A model generated the notes under the pieces. The model searched no databases, had not been told where the DNA came from, and saw only the letters and a program-made list of their open reading frames with translations. 64,000 nucleotides of DNA from an uncultured bacterium (GTDB lineage: Bacteria > Babelota > Babeliae > Babelales > Babelaceae). This document shows positions 51,697 to 60,387 of this stretch, one piece after another (within the stretch, counting starts at the first letter, position 1; the number at the start of each line of letters is the position of its first letter). The position numbers were made by a program, and so were the translations under genes. The DNA lies in NCBI GenBank assembly GCA_963848965.1, contig CAWKFG010000001.1, positions 64,001 to 128,000 of the forward strand, in the 5' to 3' direction.

Positions 51697-52134
51697 TTAT
51701 CTTTGCATGTCTGCAACGCGCTCTCTAACACCTTCAAGTTTATCTTTTAGAGTATCTCTTACCTCAGGTGATATACCTCTGCGAATTTGAGAGATTTTTT
51801 CACGAATCATTTCTAGCTTATCTCTTACTTCCTCTGGATCAAGAGACTGAATACGATCTGCCAAACGTCCAAGTTTTTCACGTAACATATCTCTTTGTTG
51901 TGGATCAAGAGAGCTAATATGATCTGCTAAAGCAGAGAGTTTTTCCTGAATCATTGCTTTTTTTTCTGGGGAGATTGATTCGATTTTAGTTCTAATTCCC
52001 TCAATTACTTCTTGAACTCGTGGATCTTGGAGGGCAGTATGGATTCGATCCATAATTCCTCCTCCAAAACTTTGTCCTACTAAAAATGAACTGCAACTAA
52101 CAAGTAACGATAAAGATAAAATTATAGCTTTCAT
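51697..52134 (-). CDS. Secreted protein with ~22-aa Pro-punctuated amphipathic helical repeats
   Basis: Signal peptide; SISPEKKAMIQEKLSALADHIS / SLDPQQRDMLREKLGRLADRIQ units; AAGGAG RBS. Confidence 0.7.
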   Translation of the reverse strand: MKAIILSLSLLVSCSSFLVGQSFGGGIMDRIHTALQDPRVQEVIEGIRTKIESISPEKKAMIQEKLSALADHISSLDPQQRDMLREKLGRLADRIQSLDPEEVRDKLEMIREKISQIRRGISPEVRDTLKDKLEGVRERVADMQR

Positions 52135-52313
52135 GCTAATACTCCTTATTTTTATGGGTTTTTATATAATTATTATGCATAGTAGCACTTTTATGCTATA
52201 AATTTGAATAGATAGAGCACTTTTTTATTTTAAAATCTTAATTCGTATTGTGAGAACTAAAGAGTTGTTTCTTAAGAAAACAGTCCTTCTTGGTAAAGAG
52301 ATATTTTGGTGTA

Positions 52314-53297
52314 TTAGAGTAAAACAGGAAGCTTTTCGCCAGTTGGTTGTCGCGCTATAAGTGAAAGAAGACGAATTGCTAGTTCATACAGTCCAAGTTT
52401 TGTAGCATATTCAATAACTTTAGTAGTAGGTCGAGCACCACTATCTGTCAGTGCTTTGACGAAGCGGATATCTCCTGTTTCAACTGCATGCATAAAAGCA
52501 GACTTGCCTTCAGTGTCAGCTACGTTTAATTCTTTTCTTAGTCCTTGAGGTATATATGCTTTAACAAGAGTTTGGACAATTTCAAAGTTACCAAACATAA
52601 GAGCGTACATAAGGGGAGTACGACCATACTCATCTTTATGATTTATATATTCAAAAGGAAGCTTAAGTTCTTCAATAAGATGGTGCACAACTGCTTGTTG
52701 TCCAAAAATAGCAGCGTAATGAAGGTATTGTGGATTTAGTGTGTTAGTAAGTTGAATAGAATCGGTGATGCATTTCAAGGGATTAACAAAGTAACCTTGA
52801 GTGGTAAGCATAGTGTGGAGAGTCAAAAGAGAATGAATTTCCCTTTGGTTTTCATTTTGCGCAATGTCCAAAGCTGTCTGCTGTACTGTATCTGTAAAAC
52901 CATAATTTTTATGAATGAGGATTGGTCTTTGAGCATTACTATCTGCACCTGCTTTTAAAAGAAGTATAACTATGTTTCTATGCCCAAAAAGAGTAGCGAG
53001 CATAAGTGGAGTAAGGTTAAATAGTCCATTTTTATAGAGTGGTTTATTAAGAGCTACGTCTGTTTTGCACAGTTCTTGTACTGCTTCTATATTATTCTCT
53101 TTTATTGCTTTTATGAGAGCTTTATAGTGAAGATCTTCATTTTCTTTCAAAAAATAAGCATAAAGTGCACCTTTGACCATAGTGCTATAACTTATTACAG
53201 GTTGTTTAGGTGTACCTGTAAGAGTTCTTTTCATGCTATAAGCAGAACTTGCTATACCTGCAAGAAGACAAAGAAAAAAGAGTTTTATTTTATACAC
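52314..53297 (-). CDS. Secreted ankyrin-repeat protein
   Basis: AYS|MKR leader; TPLMLA, YINHKDEYGRTPLMYA, GARPT. Confidence 0.87.
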   Translation of the reverse strand: MYKIKLFFLCLLAGIASSAYSMKRTLTGTPKQPVISYSTMVKGALYAYFLKENEDLHYKALIKAIKENNIEAVQELCKTDVALNKPLYKNGLFNLTPLMLATLFGHRNIVILLLKAGADSNAQRPILIHKNYGFTDTVQQTALDIAQNENQREIHSLLTLHTMLTTQGYFVNPLKCITDSIQLTNTLNPQYLHYAAIFGQQAVVHHLIEELKLPFEYINHKDEYGRTPLMYALMFGNFEIVQTLVKAYIPQGLRKELNVADTEGKSAFMHAVETGDIRFVKALTDSGARPTTKVIEYATKLGLYELAIRLLSLIARQPTGEKLPVLL

Positions 53298-53382
53298 GGT
53301 GCTTCCTTGGTTTAATTTATTATGTCTACATATTCAGGATAATTATTTAATCATGTTTGTCAATATGATCCAGCGACATACT

Positions 53383-53412
53383 AAAAAAGCCCTCATAATG
53401 AGGGCTTTTTTT
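53383..53412 (-). terminator. Terminator after rseP
   Basis: AAAAAAGCCCTCAT-A-ATGAGGGCTTTTTT. Confidence 0.85.
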
Positions 53413-54502
53413 ACCAACCGGCAAGTCTGAGAATGTCTTTATATGTTAAATAAATAACCAATGCTATAAGGCCGAGCCAGGTATAATAATGAATAGTCTG
53501 GCGAGCTTCATCTGAAAGTGGACGTCCAATAAGAGCTTCTATGGTAAAGAACAATACTTGCCCACCATCAAAAATAGGAAGTGGCAGTACATTAAACACC
53601 GCAAGATTAATGCTAATGAATGCGAGCATAAAGAGAAACATCTTAAATCCTACACCAGCACATTTGGTAATAGTAGTGATAATAAGTAATGGTCCGCCAA
53701 GAGCATCTCTGTTTTTTACAATACCTTTTAAAGCGCTAAACGTTTTAACTATCCATGCCCATGTTGTTCGAAAACCTTCTTTTAAAGCATCGGTAAACGC
53801 AAGGGGCGGTGTAGACCAGGAGATTTCTAGTACTGGGGTTTTTTTACCATCAACTGTTTGAGATCCTACGTCTACTGCTATATTTTGCTCTTGGCCTTGT
53901 CTTTCTACAGTTAAAGATACTGTTTTATCTGCTAAAGGCTCAAGCTCCTTCTTGAATTCTGCAATGGTTGATACTCGCTGATTATTAATGGAAATGATTT
54001 TGTCATGAGCTTTAAGTTGTGCTTTATCTGCTTTAGAACCAGGAATAACGGTAGCTACCACCGGTGCAAGTGAATTACATTGTTCTCCTGTACAAAAGGG
54101 GGCACCTACATAGAGTAAATAGCTAAATGCAGCATAAGAAAATATGAGATTAAAAAGGATACCTCCTGCAATAATAAGAAGTTTCTGCCAGTAAGGCTTA
54201 CGGTTAAAGGAGCGTTCACTGGTATCTTTTGCATGAAGCTGCTCTCCTTGTCCTATCTCAGGTGATCCTGCAAGCTCTACATACCCCCCTAAAGGAATGG
54301 CCGAGATAACAAAATTAGTATCCCCTATCTTTTTCCTTAAAATTTGCGGTCCAAACCCTATGGAGAATGTAGGAACGTAAACATTAAAAAGCTTTGCAAA
54401 TAAAAAATGCCCAAACTCATGGAACATAACCACAAAGCCGAGCCCAAGGATGCCTAGTAAAATAAGAGGAAGGTTGCAGAGTGCTTGATAGGCGATATTC
54501 AT
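53411..54502 (-). CDS. rseP: RIP metalloprotease RseP (M50, PDZ)
   Basis: HEFGH, FSIGFGP, IPLGGYV, PDZ domain, NVLPLPIFDGG. Confidence 0.95.
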   Translation of the reverse strand: MNIAYQALCNLPLILLGILGLGFVVMFHEFGHFLFAKLFNVYVPTFSIGFGPQILRKKIGDTNFVISAIPLGGYVELAGSPEIGQGEQLHAKDTSERSFNRKPYWQKLLIIAGGILFNLIFSYAAFSYLLYVGAPFCTGEQCNSLAPVVATVIPGSKADKAQLKAHDKIISINNQRVSTIAEFKKELEPLADKTVSLTVERQGQEQNIAVDVGSQTVDGKKTPVLEISWSTPPLAFTDALKEGFRTTWAWIVKTFSALKGIVKNRDALGGPLLIITTITKCAGVGFKMFLFMLAFISINLAVFNVLPLPIFDGGQVLFFTIEALIGRPLSDEARQTIHYYTWLGLIALVIYLTYKDILRLAGW

Positions 54503-54733
54503 GTGTGAACTCCTAAAATATTAACAAATAAGACATTTTCTAATACGCTGCATATACCTAGCTTATCCTTTTCTTTATTTTGAAGCAAAGCTTTCTCATT
54601 TTTCAAGCAAAATTAAGTACAATTAAAGACACGTTAGAGAAAAAAGACCTAGAATTGACTACTGCTCTTTGAAATGTCGGAGTAGTGCCGTTTTGTAGAG
54701 TGGTTTACAGAATACAAGAAGATAGATATCTTA

Positions 54734-55711
54734 CTATTTTTTTCGAACACTGATAGCTGCTCTCAATATCTTTACTATTTCTTTATGATGCTCTTTTTCT
54801 GCATACATTATGGCTGTCCAACCCCTTTCATCTTGAATAATAGCGTTTGCTCCTGCATCTAGAAGCATTTTGACTATTTTTTGATTGTTTTCAGAATCAC
54901 CACCTTTAGATGAGGCAATCATTAGAGCAGTATGTCCAGAGTTGTTTTTAGCGTTGACATTTATTCCTGCTTCTATTAGTACCTTTGTTCTACCTACACT
55001 GTTAAAGAATACTCTAACTGCATACATTAATGCAGTATATCCCTTATTGTCTTGAGCATTAACCTCAGCCTTACGAGAAAGCAACTTTTTCAGTATCTCT
55101 TCTGAGTCATGAAAAGAATCTGCCGCTGCTATTAAAGGGGTAAATCCAATATCGTTGCGTGCATTAATAGTAGCGCCAGCATTTAAGAGAGGTTCTATGA
55201 GGTCTTTATGTCCTTCATGGGCAGCATAGAGTAAAGCGGTCCACCCGCCGTTTGTCGGAAGATTAATGTTAGCTCCAGCATCAATGAGCATTTGTACTAG
55301 TTCCTTATTACCATTGAATGCAGCTGCTGGCAGTGCTGTAGCATTATACCTATCCTTAAGATTGACGTTGGCTCCCCTTTGTATAAGCAAAGCCACAATG
55401 CTCGCACAGTTTTGTTGAGTAGCGTATACAATAATAGTATCGACTGGGTCTTGCATTTTATTGATACTTACCCCTGCTTTTAGAAGAAGTTTAGCTTTGT
55501 CTACAGCATTATCTTTTATTAACTTTAATAGTACAAGGGCTTTTTGCTCTTGTGATAAGCTTTCAGATAATAATTCTAACGCTAAACGCTTTTCTTGCTC
55601 AACAGTAAGTACGATCTTCTCCATAGCATTGAGAGCACATGAAAAACATAGGATAAAAAAGAAATAAAATAGTGATGATTGCCTTTGTGAGCAGAGCTTT
55701 ATGATTTCCAT
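54734..55711 (-). CDS. Ankyrin-repeat protein with signal-peptide-like segment
   Basis: Hydrophobic LFYFFFILCFSCALNA|MEK; about seven ankyrin repeats; start uncertain (55711 or 55813). Confidence 0.85.
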   Translation of the reverse strand: MEIIKLCSQRQSSLFYFFFILCFSCALNAMEKIVLTVEQEKRLALELLSESLSQEQKALVLLKLIKDNAVDKAKLLLKAGVSINKMQDPVDTIIVYATQQNCASIVALLIQRGANVNLKDRYNATALPAAAFNGNKELVQMLIDAGANINLPTNGGWTALLYAAHEGHKDLIEPLLNAGATINARNDIGFTPLIAAADSFHDSEEILKKLLSRKAEVNAQDNKGYTALMYAVRVFFNSVGRTKVLIEAGINVNAKNNSGHTALMIASSKGGDSENNQKIVKMLLDAGANAIIQDERGWTAIMYAEKEHHKEIVKILRAAISVRKK

Positions 55712-56190
55712 ATGATTCCTTGAAATTTCCTCGAGCGCGTGACCCGGATGGATTTTAGACTGAAGAAATAGTACTGATAAAAGTCCAATTATTGTTTCTT
55801 TTTCTCTCATCATGAGCTTAATAATTTTTCTAAGATACTATTCTTAACTATACTACTTTTTGGCAAATTGTCATGTAGTAAGAAAAGTTTTATAAATAGT
55901 AGAAAGAACAGACTTTTCAAGGATACTCTCTTAGTTTTTAGAATAGTCTAACATCCAGTTTATGATGATTTTGCATGTCAATATTATTAGACAAATAGGA
56001 TACTTGTGATAAAATATAAAGACAATATTTATTATTTTAAATCAAAATTAAAAAAACAATAGGAAATTGTATGCTGTACCGTCTTTTAATCTTCTTTTCT
56101 TTATCTATCTTCTCTTTTCAATTGAGCGCTATGGAGCAGATATATAAAAAGCCAGATAATCATAAAAATACCAAGCAAAAGGGTGACTTA

Positions 56191-57119
56191 GAGCCTATCT
56201 CTAAAATGGAAAAAAGGTTGAAAATATAATAAAATCTCCTTCTAAAGAATCGCGATCAACGATCAAGAAGGAGATTTACACATGTGTCATACAAAAAATT
56301 GTTATGAAGTATGCATAAACAAGAAGTTTCTTATAACTCCAAATTTATGGAAAGATATAGAAAAAATAATACCAAAAATAAGCGAAAAATCAAAGCGGGG
56401 AAGACCCTCAATGGATATGAAAAGAGCAATAAATGGTATCTATTATCTGTTAAGGACAGGTATACAATGGAATGCATTGCCTAGATGCTTTGGATCGTAC
56501 TCTGCTGTCCATAAACTGTTTCAAAAATTAAGGTCTGTCGAGTTCTTTAAATATTTATGGTATGCTGAACTTGACCAATATGATAAAATTCACGGACTTA
56601 GTCTAGAAACTCAAGCTGCTGATTGTGTTTATATTAAAGCGCCCTTGGGTTCAGAGAAAACAGGCAAGAGCCCAGTAGATAGGAGAAAATTAGGAACAAA
56701 ACGAAGCATATTAACTGATAAAAACGGTATAGTTATCGGTTGTGCGTTAGGTAGCGCTAATCAGCACGATTCTCAGCTATTTTTGGATACCTTATTATCC
56801 ATTCCTAAGCATATATCCATGCCTTATAGCAAAATTATAAGTTTAGATGCAGCTTATGATTCAGCGCAAATAAGAGCCTACTTGCTGCATTACAGCTATG
56901 TACCTAAAATAATGAAAAATAAAAGAAAAGCTAAAAATAAAGTTTATGGTGTACCAGAAGGTTATCAACGCTGGTTCATTGAACCTACGCATTCATGGCT
57001 CAATCGGTTTAGGCGCTTGTTTGTTCGTTATGAAAAATACGCTTTAAACTATATGGCTATGGTTTATTTTGCCGTAGCTATCATTATTTTTAACAAATTA
57101 TGAATTTACGGATAGGCTC
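56191..57119 (+). mobile_element. IS5-family insertion sequence (IS1031-like), 929 bp
   Basis: IRL GAGCCTATCTCTAAAAT versus reverse-complemented IRR GAGCCTATCCGTAAATT; TTA target duplication at 56188-56190 and 57120-57122. Confidence 0.93.
56282..57103 (+). CDS. IS5-family DDE transposase
   Basis: GRP...INGIYYLLRTGIQWNALP, AD, GTKRSILTD, N.HD, DAAYD, RWFIE.THSWLNRFRRL.VRYE. Confidence 0.93.
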   Translation: MCHTKNCYEVCINKKFLITPNLWKDIEKIIPKISEKSKRGRPSMDMKRAINGIYYLLRTGIQWNALPRCFGSYSAVHKLFQKLRSVEFFKYLWYAELDQYDKIHGLSLETQAADCVYIKAPLGSEKTGKSPVDRRKLGTKRSILTDKNGIVIGCALGSANQHDSQLFLDTLLSIPKHISMPYSKIISLDAAYDSAQIRAYLLHYSYVPKIMKNKRKAKNKVYGVPEGYQRWFIEPTHSWLNRFRRLFVRYEKYALNYMAMVYFAVAIIIFNKL

Positions 57120-59552
57120 TTACTTATAGAAGCTGCAAAAAATAATGATATAGCCACAGTTGAAGCTCTTTGTTTGGCAAAAGTAAACATTAATGCTCAA
57201 GATAAGAACGGAAATATAGCTTTGTTGAGCGCTGCAGAAAAAGGTTATAAAGAAATGGTAGCACTGCTTTTAGATAAAGGCGCTCAGGTTAATATTAAAG
57301 ATGAGTACGGTGATTTTCCCTTAAAGTATGCTGCACAAAGGGGTTATGCGGATATAGCAGAGATGCTTTTGGCACGTGGTGCTGATGTTAATGCTCAAGA
57401 TCGTTTAGGGTATACTGCTCTATATTGGGCTATTATTAATCGCTATAAAGAGATAGTTGCTATGCTTCTCAAGAAAGATGCTTCTATCATCACTCAAGAG
57501 AGATGGAATTACAACCTCTTGATAGAAGCTTCAGGAAAAGGTGGTAAGGAAATAGTAGAATTGCTGATAAATGCAGGTGCTGATGTTAATGCTCAAGAGG
57601 ATAGCTGCGGTTATACTCCCTTGATAAGTGCTGTAACGAAAGACAATAAAGAAGTAGCTGCTTTACTTCTAGATAAAGGGGCCAATGTTAATGCTAAGGC
57701 TTTAGAAGGGGAGACTGCCTTAACGCAAGCAACCAGACGTGCTTTAGGCCGCCCTAAGAAAATAGTACGATTGCTTCTAAGCAGAGGTGCTGATGTCAAT
57801 GCTCAAGATAATTATGAGCGTACTTCATTAATGGAAGCAGTACGATATGGAGATGAAAAACTAGTAGCTTTGCTTATAGGTGCAGGTGCTACTATTAATG
57901 CCCAAAATGCTCTCGAAAAAAGAGATGTAATGCAAGAAGGTCATAGGAAGATTTTTCATCTTTTAAGGCTATGTAGTAATCCAGAAGTACAAGTCTATCT
58001 TAAAGATCCTAAGGCCTATGCTCAAAATAAGCAGTATATTGATGGTGAGATAACAACGCTTATGCTCGCTTGTATCTTTGGTCATACTGAAATTATATCT
58101 TCATTTGAGAATTGCACGGATGAGTATCTTAATGTAGGAGGCTTAGGTTATACAGCTACTGAGTATGCTTGTATATTTAATAAGAAGAGCCTTTCTACTC
58201 TTGTTAATACATTTGGTGGCCGTTTACTTGTACAACCTGCAAAAGAGGGTGATATAAATACAGTTAGAAGCCTTTGTCTAGCGGGAGTAAATGTTAATGC
58301 TAAAGATAAGCAGGGTAGTCCTGTGTGGACATGGGCAGCTGTAAGCAAGGGCCGTGAGAGATTAGTAACTTTGTTCTTAGATAAAGGTGCTAATATTAAT
58401 GCTACAGATGTTTTCGGTTCTACTGCTTTGGCGTCACAAGTAAGATGGAAAAGACATAAAATGATGGCGCTGCTTTTAAAAAGAGGTGCTGATGTTAATA
58501 TCCAAGATGACAAAGGCAAAACTGCTTTACATTGGGCTGCTTATTGGGGATTTAAGAAAACAGTAACACTGTTGTTAAACAATGGTGCAAAAACTACTCT
58601 TCAAGATGAATATGGTCGTACCGCTATAATGCATGCTGCAAGAGAAGGCCATAAAGAAGTAGTAATGCTACTATTGAATAAAGATAGTGATCTTAATGTT
58701 CAAGATAAAATGGGTAAAACTGTTTTAAACTATGCTGCAGCGTGTGGTAACAAAGAAATGGTAACGCTGCTTTTAGAAAAATCTACTACTGCAAAGTATT
58801 CTGATATCTTATTGTCTGCGGCTGAGTTTGGTCATGTGGAATTAGTAGCCTGGATTTTGGACAAAGGAGCAGATATTAATACTCAAGATAAACATGGTCG
58901 TAGTGCCTTAATGCATGCTGCATCTAATGGACACAAGGAAATGGTGCTCCTACTTTTAGCTCGCGGTGCACATAGTAATCTTCAAGATAGTGAAGGCTTT
59001 ACTGCTTTAATGAAAGCTGTAAGAGAAAATTTTAAAGAAACAGTAGCGCTGCTTATAGGTGCAGGTGCTGATATTACTAGTCAAAATAAACTCAATAAAA
59101 CTGCTTTAATACTTGCTAGAGAGCATAATTACAAAGATCTTATACAACTTCTAGAATTGTGCCAAAACTCTGAAGTAAAAGAATATCTTAACAATCCTCA
59201 AGCATATATACAAAAAGAGCAGTATATTATAGATAGAACAACCACACTTATGCTTGCTTGTATATGTGGTCATACAGATGTTATTTCTTCTTTTAAAGAG
59301 TGCTCCAATGAATACTTAAACCCACAAGATAGTTATGGTTATACAGCTTTTGACTATGCTTATAAGTTTAATAAAAGAAGTGCTGTTACGCTTATTCATA
59401 TATTTGGTGATAAAATAGATAAAATAAAAAATAACAAACAGGAGCTTCTTAAAAATGCGTTAGAAAAAGAAGATTTGTTATTAATTAATGCCTTGTTAAG
59501 TGCTGGGGTTCTACCTTCTTGTGGAATAACTCAAGGAGCCCAAGATGCAGGA

Positions 59553-59645
59553 TACTTCACCATATTACCAAAAGATCTCTTTGTTCAGCTTCTTCTTTTT
59601 CTTAATAGTCAAGAAACAAGTACTGGAAAGTCTTAAAAGGGCTTT
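59553..59645 (+). repeat. ~95-bp direct repeat, copy 1 (F-box-like coding end plus downstream)
   Basis: TACTTC.CC..ATTACCAAAAGATCTCTTT.TTCAGCTTCTTCTTTTTCTTAATAGTC...AAGTCTTAAAAGGGCTTT recurs at 60139. Confidence 0.9.
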
Positions 59646-59676
59646 TTCTCTTTTAGTTTGACAGAACCAACGACGT

Positions 59677-59710
59677 GGTCGGTGAAGGGGCAAAAGCCCC
59701 CTCACCGACT
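59677..59710. other. GC-rich hairpin of unknown function
   Basis: GTCGGTGA-A-GGGGC-AAAA-GCCCC-C-TCACCGAC. Confidence 0.7.
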
Positions 59711-59788
59711 TGAGTTCTTATTTTCAAGTTATATAATTGTATTTAAGTATTTACACAATAAGCTTTCTAATAAGATGCTAGGTTTTTG

Positions 59789-60075
59789 ATGAAAACACTT
59801 TATTTACTCTACTTTGCATATTCTCTTCGTATGCTTATACCATGAAAGAAGAGAGAGCTTCTAATAATATTCAACAAGCAGACGCCATCATGGAAGAAGA
59901 CTCTGATGATATGCCTATATCATCAAAAAAATGTACTTATACTCTTCAAAGTCATGCTGACTCTGAGATCAATAAAAAGAGGCAAAAAAAAGAGCATGTT
60001 TGTGACAAATGTGGTAAAGATTTTACTCAACATGGACATTTAATTAGTCATATGCGTATTCATAACAAAGGCTGA
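59789..60075 (+). CDS. Small C2H2 zinc-finger protein; signal peptide separated by a 1-nt frameshift
   Basis: HVCDKCGKDFTQHGHLISHMRIH; the same frame upstream reads NTLFTLLCIFSSYAYT|MKE; ATG 59789 is one A short of that frame. Confidence 0.8.
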
Positions 60076-60138
60076 ATTATAAAAAAATTATTCTTAAGGT
60101 GTGGGTAATTCACTTCCAATATGACAGATTTTGCATCG

Positions 60139-60233
60139 TACTTCGCCACATTACCAAAAGATCTCTTTATTCAGCTTCTTCTTTTTCTTAATAGTCTAAG
60201 AAACAAGTATCAAAAAGTCTTAAAAGGGCTTTC
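60139..60233 (+). repeat. ~95-bp direct repeat, copy 2 (within mini-ORF 60121-60267)
   Basis: Near-identical to 59553-59645; encodes YFATLPKDLFIQLLLFL. Confidence 0.9.
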
Positions 60234-60387
60234 TCTTATCTTAAGAGGCAGTGCCAAAACTGATTGAAGCAAAGCTTTCATGTTTTTCAAGCAAAATCAC
60301 GCATACTTAAAATTGACAAATATTACATTGGTGTTAAAGTAGTTATAATTTCCATGTCTTAAAAAATTAAAAACAATAAGGCGCTGT

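Larger units (their letters stand above)
56071..59636 (+). pseudogene. Secreted ankyrin/F-box-like gene interrupted by an IS (5' part 56071-56190, 3' part 57123-59636)
   Basis: MLYRLLIFFSLSIFSFQLSA|MEQ...KGDL joins in frame to LIEAAKNNDIATVEALCLAKVN once the IS and one TTA are removed (877 aa); C-terminal YFTILPKDLFVQLLLFL. Confidence 0.9.

Noticed and set aside
59660..59720. Group II intron domain V/VI, riboswitch or SRP RNA
   Set aside because: No domain V catalytic-triad hairpin, no SRP GGAA-loop motif and no aptamer consensus could be matched.
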